From Chrysemys picta bellii (taxonomy: Eukaryota), in contig NC_088806.1 in NCBI RefSeq assembly GCF_011386835.1, forward strand, positions 2,604,001-2,668,000: a DNA stretch of 64,000 nt, read 5' to 3'. The position numbers and the translations under genes were made by a program. Shown piece by piece: positions 1 through 9,849 of the stretch; position 1 is the first letter of the stretch; each line of letters begins with the position of its first letter. Below the pieces are notes generated by a model, which had not been told where the DNA came from, ran no database searches, and was given only the letters and a program-made list of their open reading frames with translations.

Positions 1-65
1 TAACCTTGAGTGAGGATACTCCCAGAGGGCACTGGGGCAGGGGAGGGGCTCAGGGCAGGACCTAC

Positions 66-209
66 CTGAGAGCAGCCCGATGCTCAGGTACAGGTGGGTC
101 AGGCTGATGGCGAAGGAAGCCAGGAACATGCCCAGCCCCGAGAGGAGGCCCCCGGCCATCACCACGGGGTGCGCACAGTACTGGGTGCTGAGGGCAGTGC
201 CCACCGGAC
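66..209 (-). CDS. SLC16A13: SLC16A13-like copy A, coding exon 2 (144 nt); the rest of the gene lies left of the window
   Basis: CAG|GT CCG GTG GGC ACT GCC CTC AGC ... CTG CTC TCA G|GTAGGT translates to [49 protein letters not shown]. Same length and phase as exon 2 of copies B and C. Confidence 0.9.
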
Positions 210-497
210 CTGCAGAGGGCAGCAGAGGGATACCGGTCGGGCCCCGTTACCCTGCAATGCAGCTGAGTCTGGGGGAGGAGTGGAGGTATGTGGCACTCAG
301 AGCACCCTCCTGTCCTGGACGATGGTGCAGAAAGTGGGGTTGGGAGAATCCCAGTTAAAAACTGCTGCCCCGCCCCAGAGGTGGCCGCATCTCAGCACCG
401 GGTGAGGGGTCCCTCAATAACCAGCCACCCCACCGGGGGAGGGATGAGACGCTCTGGCTAAAGGGGGTAGGGAGAAGGCCAGAGAGTCAATACTCAC

Positions 498-702
498 TAG
501 CAAACAGCAGAATGGCTACTGTGATAGACATGACCCAGGACATGCGCCCCACCAGCTCCCCGAAGTGCCCCACAAACTCCACGAAGAAGACCCCAAAGGA
601 GCGGATCACCCCAAAAATCAGCCCCGACTCCAGGAAGACTGCCAGTGCCACCAGCCAGCCCCAGCCCCCGTCGGGGGGCTCCAGGAGGATGGGGGGCTCT
701 AT
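498..702 (-). pseudogene. SLC16A13: SLC16A13-like copy A, exon 1 homolog with ATA in place of the start codon (pseudogene or upstream-exon-dependent)
   Basis: Open frame [43 protein letters not shown]...ILLFA, ending at a GTGAGT donor. It is 205 nt, as in copy B. The first codon is ATA (702-700) and there is an in-frame TGA at 711-709. Confidence 0.7.
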
Positions 703-1194
703 GAAGATTCAGCGCAGCACGCCGGAGGTGAGTCTGGCATAATCAGCTGCCTCACTCCTCCCCAGAGGGGGTAGCCCCTTGATGCTGGGTGAGCGATCTC
801 TGTGCAGCCTGGCCATGTGGCTGGTTAATGTGCTCCACTCCAGAGGTGACGGCCGCTGAATCCGCGATGAACGATTCCCAGGCAGCGCAGCAGGGGGGTG
901 GAGCCATGAATCAGCAGCCATGCCCTATGCGAGAGGTGGCTGCATCCCAGTGCTGGGTGACCGAGCGCCCTGCAGAATGACCCTGCGGCTGTTAATCTCG
1001 GGGGGGGGGCGCACAGCTGCCCCCTCGACCCTCTCCCAGCTCCGGGGACCCAGCAAGCAGCAGCAGGGTGCCTGGCATCAGACGGGAACCCGGGTCTCAA
1101 AGGTTGGGCATTCTTATCAGTGAATTGTGAGGCAAAGTCCGCAGCTGAGAGGAGGCGTCTAATGGCAGCCCCACCCTTCCCCCCACCCCCTTGC

Positions 1195-1372
1195 CCAGTG
1201 CTGAAATGCAGCCACCTCTGGGGCGAGGCAGCACTGGGCGAGGGGTCCCTGTGTAACCAGCCGCCCCGCCCCAGAGGTGGCCGCATCTCAGCGCCGGGTG
1301 AGGGGTCCCCGTGTAACCAGCCGCCCCGCCCCAGAGGTGGCTGTATCTCAGCACTGGGCGAGGGATCCTTGT
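1195..1372. repeat. 60-bp tandem repeat (CCAGCCGCCCCGCCCCAGAGGTGGC...CATCTCAG family), about 3 units
   Basis: Units recur every 60 nt. The same family occurs at about 365-430, 24015-24080, 43470-43895, 46335-46360 and 58860-59050. Confidence 0.85.
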
Positions 1373-1789
1373 ATGAATATCTCTGGAGCTGGGCTGACAC
1401 AGAGCTGTCTACCCCATCTGTCTGGCCTCACTGGAAGGCTGCGGCCAGTTCTGGGGGCACGTGTCATGAAAGCCCCTCAGAAAAGAGCTACAGGCACAAC
1501 TTGCGGGCCGGGGTGGGGGTGGGGGTTGGAACCACCCAATCCCAATGGCCTGGGGGATCAGCCATTCTGGGTATGCAGTTCCAGGGGAAGGCATCTGAGC
1601 TAGTCAAGGCATTACATTTCTGCCATCAACAACCGGTTGTTTGAGCTAGAGACCCTCCCAGAGCTGTGGGGGTCTGCACTACAGAGCTGGTCAGGTCGCC
1701 GTGCATCCCTCTTCCCCATTTTCTTTGTTTTCCAATCTCCCCCTAAATCAACAGGGTTCTAGCTACTCATGCCTCAAATGTGCCCTGAA

Positions 1790-2000
1790 AGTTTGGAACC
1801 GATCGGCCGGGGCGTCCGGTCACAATCACGTTACACGCAGACAGACAGAGAAACGCGGTCAAGGGGAGGAGACGACCTTCACTAGCTGGGCCAATCAAGT
1901 GCAAATTTTTCATGGGGAGGGCAATTAACCAGTGGGGCCAATTTCCCCTAGAGTGGTGGCGTCTTCTCCGTCACGCGTGTCAAGACCGGAAGCTACCCAC
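1790..2000. promoter_or_regulatory. CpG-enriched patch with CCAAT boxes and an ETS core; candidate promoter for copy A
   Basis: Local CpG enrichment, GGCCAAT twice and CCGGAAG, upstream of copy A exon 1. Motif-level evidence only. Confidence 0.3.
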
Positions 2001-2304
2001 TAGCTCGACCACCAGATATGGGCTGGAGTTCTCTGGGCTGTGCAGAAGGTCAGACTAGGGGACCATCGGGGTCCTTTCTAGCCTGAAAGATCTAGGATGC
2101 TCTGGACACCAGCTTGCAAAGAGGAGTGGATCTAGACTGGGTAGCTCCCTCCTTCCGTCTCTTATGCATCCTCCAACTGTCTTAGGTATCTGCTTCTTCG
2201 CTGACCATCATATCAGCTGGATCCGTATACTTGATGCTCTGCCCCCTGCTGACCTCTCACTTCCAATCTGGCTCTCTGGGACAACCCCCCCAGGAGCTAA
2301 AGTC

Positions 2305-2459
2305 TCAGGGGTCCCCCATGGTCTCCTCCTCAGTTGTCGAGTCCATGGGGCAGGAGAAATAATTTGGCAGGGCAAGAAGGAGCAAACTTCCAGCGAGGAG
2401 AAAAGCCCCTGCTACAATGAAAGAGGCCGTGTAGTCCCCAGTCATGTCCCGCAGCCAAC
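2305..2459 (-). CDS. SLC16A13: SLC16A13-like copy B, coding exon 4 (terminal)
   Basis: TTCTAG|GT TGG CTG CGG GAC ATG translates to [51 protein letters not shown], with TGA at 2307-2305. Confidence 0.9.
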
Positions 2460-3430
2460 CTAGAACATACAATGTGTTGGGTTACCAAGAGCATACTGCA
2501 TGTGTCACCTAGAACCCAAAGTATCTAATTATTTAGACATCCTAGAACATACGATTATTTGCATGATCTAGAATGCACTACATGTTACCTGGAACCCATA
2601 ATATCTAATTCTCTAGACATCCCAGAATATATGTGGCTTTGAGTTACCTAGAGCGCACAATATGCATTTCCTAGAACCCCAAATGCCTCATTGCCTAGAC
2701 ATCCTGCACGAATTATCTAGGAATTACTGTAGTGTCACCTAAATCACAGAACACCTTGCTGTCTAGACGGACTAGAAGGTATGAAGTGATGGTTTACCTA
2801 GAAAGTACTGGAAGGGCTACCTAGAACCCCCAAACCTGATGGTTTGGACAGCCTAGAACATATCTGCTTGACAGTCTCACGGGACTATGCAGACCACATC
2901 ATGGATTATCTCAAACACATTTTCAGTGATACTTAGACTTCAGAGCACCATATTCTGTATATATCCTGCTGTTGTCTCTTGTCTTATAGTTAGATGGTAA
3001 GGACTTTGGGGGAGGGACCATCTTTGGATTCTATACTGCACCTAGCACAATCGAGTTCCAGTCCATGACAAGGGCTCCTATGTCTACAGTAATCAAAACA
3101 ATCACTAATAATGTTCTAGCTATCTGGCCTACATCAGGCATTAGCCTACATGATTTCAGGCTAGATAGGCCCACACAGTTTTATTGGCTACCTAGAACCC
3201 ATACTTAGAACCCAGAATGCCACAATTTAGTTCTCTGGTTTGGAGTCATCTTTAGATCATATGATAAGGGCTTTTCAGAGTTGTTAGAGCTACCTAGAAC
3301 CCAGTATATCTCAGCCTAGTTCCCCGGATTGGTACCCCCTTTCAACCATATTCCTAGGACTATTTAGACAATGGGAGGTTTGGGGAGACCTAGAACATGT
3401 TGTTCAACTAGAACCCAGGTCTTCCAAGTC
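2460..3430. repeat. Degenerate CCTAGAAC-rich repeat in intron 3 of copy B
   Basis: Many ACCTAGAAC/TCTAGA variants at short irregular spacing. Confidence 0.6.
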
Positions 3431-3876
3431 ACAGGCCAGGACCTTGTTTTGGGGGAAGGTTTAATTCCGGGGGTTACCTGTAATTAATGGGTCACCTACC
3501 TTCTTGTTTCCCTCCCTCCCCACAGCCCTCTCTATGAAGCTAGATCGATGAATTCATGCAAGAAAGGCTTAGAACTCATGAGAGGGGATGTCCACCCCCA
3601 CAAGACTGGACAGGGTGACAGTGGCCAAGTAGGGACTCTAGAGGGTAGTCCATAGTTACTCCCTGGGAGGAGGGAATTGGGAGGCTGGCGAACCCAGAGA
3701 CGGGGGAGAGGGGGAAGCCAGGACATAGGGCAGTGACTGGAGAGCCTGTGAGCTGGAACTTGGAGTAGAGGGCAGGCCCGGGTTCCCCTACCAGCCCCTG
3801 GGGATGTGGCAGAGACCAGGCAAAGGACAGTGGGCTGCCTGGGACCACTTGTCAGGAAAGACCTTTATCTGACTCC

Positions 3877-4050
3877 TTCCTCAATTTCTCCTAGTAGCAA
3901 CCGTCCCAAATATGGGATCCAAAAGGGACAGGGGAGCATGGTAGGAAAGAGAACCTGGTTCCTTTCCTCAATTTCTCCTAGTAGCAACCGTCCCAAATAT
4001 GGGATCCAAAAGGGACAGGGGAGCATGGTAGGAAAGAGAACCTGGTTCCT
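3877..4050. repeat. Perfect 87-bp tandem duplication next to the exon 3 donor
   Basis: 3877-3963 is identical to 3964-4050. Confidence 0.9.
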
Positions 4051-4053
4051 TAC

Positions 4054-4821
4054 CAGACAGAGGGGCCCCCACGAGGGAGCCAGCACTTTCCATCATTTGC
4101 ATGAGCCCAATCCCCTCCATGATGCGCCCCGTTCCCACAATCTCCGCCATGCCGGAAAACTGGAGGGGCACCAGGGCACCGGCGCAGAAGCCGTAGCAGA
4201 TGCAGAGGCCCATCAGGAGGGAGTAGCTCTGCCCCAGCGGCAGCAGCACCATGGAGAGGCCCGTCAGGACGGTCCAGAGGATCAGGCTGTGGACCAGGCG
4301 GACGGCGAAGCGGTCGGCCAGCCAGCCACCCGCCACGCGGCCGCACAGGTCAGCCACAGCGGCCGAGGACAGGAGAAAGGCGGCTCGGTATTCGTCAAAG
4401 CCCAGCTCCCGGGCGTGGGGCACCAGGTGGACGTAGGGTACGTAGTAGCCGGTGTCCACCAGGACGAAGGCCGCAGCGAACAGGAGGAAGGGCCTGTGGC
4501 AGGCCAGGCGTGGCTGGCAGAGGGAGGAGAAGGCTGGCAGCCACAGCCACCCCGCCTCCGGCGCGGACGCCTTGTTACCCTCTGTCTCCAACGGCCGCAG
4601 CAGAGCCCCGGCGGCCACCAGGTTGAAGGAGATGCTGGCCACCACCAGGAGGGCTCCCCGCCAGGCGTAGGTGTCCACCAGCAGCTGGAAGAGTGGGGAG
4701 AAGGCGAAGGAGGCCAGGCCCGCCCCCGAGACAGCCAGGCCCGTGGCGAAGGTCCGCCGCTTGGCGAAGTACTGGGCCACAGAAGCCACGGAAGGGGTGA
4801 AAACCAAGGCCCAGCCCAGCC
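4054..4821 (-). CDS. SLC16A13: SLC16A13-like copy B, coding exon 3 (768 nt)
   Basis: CAG|GG CTG GGC TGG ... TCT G|GTAAGG. Contains the MCT motifs [13 protein letters not shown] and the TM8 ADLCGR (D/R pair). Overlaps ORF 3968..4807. Confidence 0.93.
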
Positions 4822-5816
4822 CTGCAGGGGGGGGAGGGGGAAGGAAAGGGAACAGGTGACCAAAACCAGGAAGGGTGGGTCTAATCTGGGGGTGGGGCAG
4901 GTGGGAAACCGGGATGAATGGAGCATTCTAGATAATGCAAAGCATTGTATGTTCTAGGATGTCTAAACAATTAGATACTCTAGGGTCTAGGTGACACATG
5001 TCACATGTTCTAGGTAACCCAAGGCATTGTATGTTCTAGGTTGGCTGCGGGACATGACTGGGGAGAAAGAGTCAATGTCTAGGGGGGTCTAGCCCTTTAA
5101 CCCCTGGGGTGGGGGTGGGAGGGTCATTAGCAATTAGAGACACATCATCTCAAGCCTGGGATGGCAGAGTCTGGGATGGGGGGAGAACTCCTGGTCAGGC
5201 CTGCGAGTGGGGGGATCTAGGTGTCAGCTGCCACAATGCTGGGTTCTAGATCATTGCTCTGTCCTCTCTCCAGCTCGCCCGAGCTGGGGCTGGGAAGGAA
5301 CTGGGTGAAATGGACTGATCTGAGCTAGGCAGGAAATTGGGCTAGCGATGATCTAGGCCACACTCGTGAGCATGGAGATCTGGGCTAGAGCAACTCTGGA
5401 TGAGCCAGAGCAGAGGGTTCTAGATCTCAGAAGGGACAGCAGAGTCTGGGCCATGAGCACCACACGGCTCAAGAACCATAGCCCTGGGAGCTGTGGGTGT
5501 GTGGGGGATTTTCCACGGCTTAGCGTGCCATGGTCTAGCTCAACCATCAGATATGGGCTGGAAGGAGGAGTAGGCAGGAGGGATGGCGCAGGAGGCCAGA
5601 TTGGATGGTCACCTCCTGGTCTTAATGTCTAGGACCCATCTGGGAGGAGGAATGGCTGGAGAACCCGAAAAGAGACACCCCCCCCCAGGAACCCCTCTGG
5701 GCAACTATAACTAGACCATGGTGCACTGGGTTACCCAGAAGCCCTTGCTCCCAACCTTGAGCGAGGATACTCCCAGAGGGCACTGAGGCAGGGGAGGGGC
5801 TCAGGGCAGGACCTAC

Positions 5817-5960
5817 CTGAGAGCAGCCCGATGCTCAGGTACAGGTGGGTCAGGCTGGTGGCGAAGGAAGCCAGGAGCATGCCCAGCCCCGAGAGGAGGC
5901 CCCCGACCATCACCACGGGGCGGGCGCCGTACTGGGTGCTGAGGGCGCTGCTCACCGGAC
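5817..5960 (-). CDS. SLC16A13: SLC16A13-like copy B, coding exon 2 (144 nt)
   Basis: [49 protein letters not shown], with canonical AG/GT sites. Confidence 0.93.
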
Positions 5961-6177
5961 CTGCAGGGGGCGGCAGAGAGACACCGGTTGGGCCCCATTA
6001 CCCTGGGGGGCAGCCGAGTCTGGGGGAGAAGTGGGCTTGGGGGGGGGGCTTGAGGCCTCCCCCAGCAGGGGGTGCTTTGGGGAGCGGTGGGTGGGGGAAG
6101 GGGTTTCCCAGCTACTCCACTTCTGGGCCTGAGATTCTAGTAGCCCCCTTCCCCACCCCCCGGTGTCCCTCACTCAC

Positions 6178-6382
6178 CCCCTAGCTGCAGCACCGCGATC
6201 CCGATGGAGGTGACCCATGAGACACGTCCCGCCAGCTCTCCGAAGTACCCCACAAACTCCATGAAGAAGACGCCGAAGGAGCGGATCACCCCGAAAACCA
6301 GTGCCGACTGGAGGAAGCCGGCCAGCACCACCATCCAGCCCCAGCCCCCATCGGGGGGCTCGCGGCACGTGGGGTCTGCCAT
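6178..6382 (-). CDS. SLC16A13: SLC16A13-like copy B, first coding exon
   Basis: [40 protein letters not shown]..., the MCT signature PPDGGWGW, with a GTGAGT donor. Total CDS 205+144+768+155 = 1272 nt (423 aa). Confidence 0.92.
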
Positions 6383-6654
6383 GGGGTCCCCCGTTGCTGT
6401 TCCCTGGGGATGGGAAATCAGAAGTCGGGGGTGGAAAAACAAACCAGCTGAAGGGAAAGAGACAAGGGTCAGTCCATGAACTTTTATGCTGCAGGTTCTC
6501 TGGAGATCTAGTCCTCGATTCCTGAGACGCAGCTGGGGAAACTGAGGCACGGGGAGACAAAGGCTCCTGACAGCAACTCACTAGCACAGCTGATGACACA
6601 ATGCAGGATTCCTGGCTTCCAGCCTCCTATCCTGCTCCGCTACACCCCCTTCTC

Positions 6655-7415
6655 CTTGCCAGGTTAGAACCCAGGAGTCCTAGCTCCCAGCGCCCCCCTG
6701 CTTTCACCACCACACCCCATTCCTGGAGTCCTGGCTCCCAGCCCCCCCTGCTCTAACCACTAGCCCCCACTCCCCTCCCAGAGCCGGGGAGAGACCCCAG
6801 GAGTCCGGGCTCCCAGCCCCCCCTGCTCTAACCCACCAGCCCCCACTCCCCTCCCAGAGCCGGGGAGAGAACCCAGGAGTCCTGGCTCCCAGCCCCCCTG
6901 CTCTAACCACCAGCCCCCACTCCCTCCCAGAGCCGGGGAGAGAACCCAGGAGTCCTGGCTCCCAGCCCCCCCTGCTCTAACCCACCAGCCCCCACTCCCC
7001 TCCCAGAGCCGGGGAGAGAACCCAGGAGTCCTGGCTCCCAGCCCCCCCTGCTCTAACCCACCAGCCCCCACTCCCCTCCCGGAGCCGGGGAGAGAACCCA
7101 GGAGTCCGGGCTCCCAGCCCCCCCGCTCTAACCCACCAGCCCCCACTCCCCTCCCAGCACCGGGGAGAGAACCCAGGAGTCCTGGCTCCCAGCCCCCCCC
7201 TGCTCTAACCCACCAGCCCCCACTCCCCTCCCAGCACCGGGGAGAGAACCCAGGAGTCCTGGCTCCCAGCCCCCCCGCTCTAACCCACCAGCCCCCACTC
7301 CCCTCCCAGAGCTGGGAGAGAACCCAGGAGTCCTGGCTCCCAGCCCCCCCTGCTCTAACCCACCAGCCCCCACTCCCCTCCCAGAGCCGGGGAGAGAACC
7401 CAGGAGTCCTGGCTC
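6655..7415. repeat. About 75-bp GC-rich minisatellite array (GGGAGAGAACCCAGGAGTCCTGGCTCCCAGCCCCCCCTGCTCTAACCCACCAGCCCCCACTCCCCTCCCAGAGCC)
   Basis: About 10 tandem units. The family recurs at 7780-7910, 44690-45420, 45735-46170, 50545-50790, 51310-51880, 57040-57850, 58165-58550, 59195-59890, 60230-61130 and 63550-63850. Confidence 0.92.
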
Positions 7416-7918
7416 CCAGCTACCTCTGGGTCTGTGCTGAGCTCTGGGAGTCCCGGGACAGGCTGGGGGCTGGGGGCTGCAGGTCGTGTCCGAGGGGGGG
7501 AGGGGGGGACTCAGATCACACGGCAAGTGGGGGGGGCAAAGTCCACTTTGTGTCCTCAAGAATTCCCTCCCCCACCGTCAGGCAGGCCACCGGCTCCTTC
7601 CCCCTCCCACTTTGCTGTAAGGCAGCGGTTCTCAAAGGGTGGGTTGGGACCCCCATTTGAATGAGGTCGCCGGAGCTGGCTGAGAGTTGCTGGGATCCTG
7701 GGGCTGAGGCCTGAGCCCCACCGCCCGGGGCCAAAGCCCTAGGGCTTCTGCTTTGTTCCCCCTGCCCGGGGTTAGAGCAGGTGGGGCTGGGAGCCAGGAC
7801 TCCTGGGTTCTGTCCCAGCTCTGGTGAGGGGAGTGGGGGCTGGGAGCCAGGACTCCTGGGTTCTCTTTCCCGGCTCTGGGAGGGGAGTGGGGGCTGGTGG
7901 TTACAACGGGGGGGCTGG

Positions 7919-8585
7919 GATATCATCTGCTCTTTTGTTACCCAGGTTTGAGAGATCCTTTTGTAGCTCTTCGCAGTCAGCTTTGGACTTAACTATCTTG
8001 AGTAGTTTTGCATCATCTGCCAATGTTGCCACGTCACTGGTTACCCCTTTTTCCAGATCGTTTATGAATCTGTTTAATAGGAGCGGGCCCAGTACAGACA
8101 CCACTAGTTACCTCTCTCCGCTCTGAAACCCGTCCATTTATTTCTACCCTTTGTTTCCTGTCTTTTAACCGGTTACCGATCCATGAGAGCACCTTCCCCC
8201 TTATCCCGTGTGTGACCAAGTGGGTGATTTTCTTGTTTTTTCCTTGTTTTCCAATGGTTTGCATGCAGAGGGGGGGCGAGTCCGTGACACTGTGGCAGCT
8301 TACTTTGCGTAAGAGCCTTTGGCGAGGGACCTTGTCGAAGGCTTTCTGACAATCTAAGTACACTAGATCCACTGGATCCCCCTTGTCCACATGCTTGTCG
8401 ACCCCCTCAAAGAATTCTAGTAGATTGGCGAGGCGCGATTTCCCTTTACAAATACCATGTTGACTCTTCCCCAACTAATCGTGTTCATCTCTGCATCTGA
8501 TCATTCGGTTCTTTACAAGAGTTTCAACCAGCTTGCCCGGTACTGAAATTAGGCTTACCGGCCTGGAATTGCCGGGATCACCTCT
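7919..8585 (-). mobile_element. CR1 LINE ORF2 (RT) fragment, degenerate
   Basis: SQHGICKGKSRLANLLEFFE...VYLDCQKAFDKVP, FINDLEKGVTS...ADDAKL (ORFs 8034..8474 and 7901..8104). Confidence 0.88.
8211..8289 (+). mobile_element. 79-bp internally deleted LTR inserted in the CR1 fragment
   Basis: TGTGACCAAGTGG...CCGTGACA, flanked by CCGTG/CTGTG. Matches both termini of the 833-bp solo LTR at 20891-21723. Confidence 0.75.
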
Positions 8586-8649
8586 GTTGCCTGATCATTA
8601 GATTATGTATTAATTACATTGATTATATACGAATCCCCAGTTATCAATG

Positions 8650-9829
8650 GACTCCAGGGCAAGAAGCTCCCACGGCTTCCACCTTCCTGGGTCTGACCTC
8701 GGAGCATCCAGCCTCCCCTTCCACGCCGTGCACTTCCCACAGCGAGTCCGCACAGGCGGGGCTCCTGGGGAAGCCAGAGGGTCCTGCCCCCCAACTCCGC
8801 AGTCAGACGTGACTCTCAGCCAGCCAGTAAAACAGAAGGTTTATCAGTCGACAGGAACACAGCGTAGGGCAGAGCTTGTTAGCACAGAAATCTGTGACTT
8901 TCAGCCAAGTCCATCTTGGGGAAATCCCAGTCCAGACGCCCTGGACTCCCCCTCTTCCAGTCTCCCTGTAGAGGAGCGGACTCACCCCTGCGGCGCCTCC
9001 TGCTGGTGACTTCCAACCTCCGGAGGACCCTCTGCAGGCCGGTGATCCGCCTGTCCTCTGGCCCCCGTGTCCCTCCTGGACCCCAGTGCCCTTTTATCTG
9101 GGGTACTGCTCCGTGGCAGTACACCCCTCAGTACTAGGGTCTCCCCTCCCTGGGGAACCCCCACCCACTATCCCCACCTTGCCTCAGACTGGCCACTGCC
9201 AGTCACCAACTAGCCCCCGCTCCCTGGGGCAGACTGCACTCATCACAGGTAAGGTTGGGTTTGGACCTGCTGCCTTGGCCTAACCCTGGGCTGCCCTCTG
9301 CAACCCCCAGTACCCCTTGGCCTTCTGCTAGGCCGCAGCCTGGGGCTATCCAGGCTAGAGCTCCCCAGCTCCTCAGCCTTTCCCAAGCCCTGCTCCACCC
9401 AGGTACTCTGTCTTAGCTCCCTGCAGCCGGGCCCTTCTCCCTCTGAAAGCAGAGAGAGACTGTTTGGGCTCCTGGCTCCCAGCCACAACCTTCCCCCAGG
9501 GTTGTTTAATCCCTTCAGGGCAGGAGCAGGGTACCACCCTGCTACACTCCCCAAGGCAACCTGACCTCAGACAACCCCATTGCTCCTCCTCCTTGTCTTT
9601 GTCTTGCTTCCCAGGCAAAATGTCACCTGGTCACACACCCCTCCTGGGTCTCAGGTTACATCTGGCAGCTCACCTGCCCCTGAGGGCCTCAGCAAAAGTT
9701 ACATGCCCAATTCCCACCACCTAGGCATTGGTGCAGAACTGAGGGAAACTGAGGCACGCACAGTCTTAATACAGGACAATAAGACTCACATGCAACATAA
9801 CATGGTGACTAAAACCCCACTTTGTCACA
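8650..9829 (-). mobile_element. Gypsy 3' LTR (left end eroded, with an extra LTR-like insert at about 8970-9560)
   Basis: On the minus strand a polypurine tract GGAGGGGGGAGAGA (9830-9843) directly precedes TGTGACAAAG. Shares blocks with the LTR at 19605-20075. Confidence 0.75.
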
Positions 9830-9849
9830 TCTCTCCCCCCCTCCGAGAC

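Noticed and set aside
2460-3430. BCL6-family binding-site cluster (TTCCTAGAA) in CTAG-rich tracts
   Set aside because: I found only one exact 9-mer (2668-2676); the rest share only the CTAG core.
3806-4957. 383-aa plus-strand ORF
   Set aside because: Antisense shadow of the GC-rich SLC16A13 exon 3.
6820-6835. Telomere-like CTAACCC in the 75-bp unit
   Set aside because: A single permuted hexamer per unit, never tandem; this is not an interstitial telomeric array.
6655-7415. CRISPR-like regular repeats here and elsewhere
   Set aside because: The units are contiguous with no unique spacers, there are no cas genes, and the context is vertebrate.
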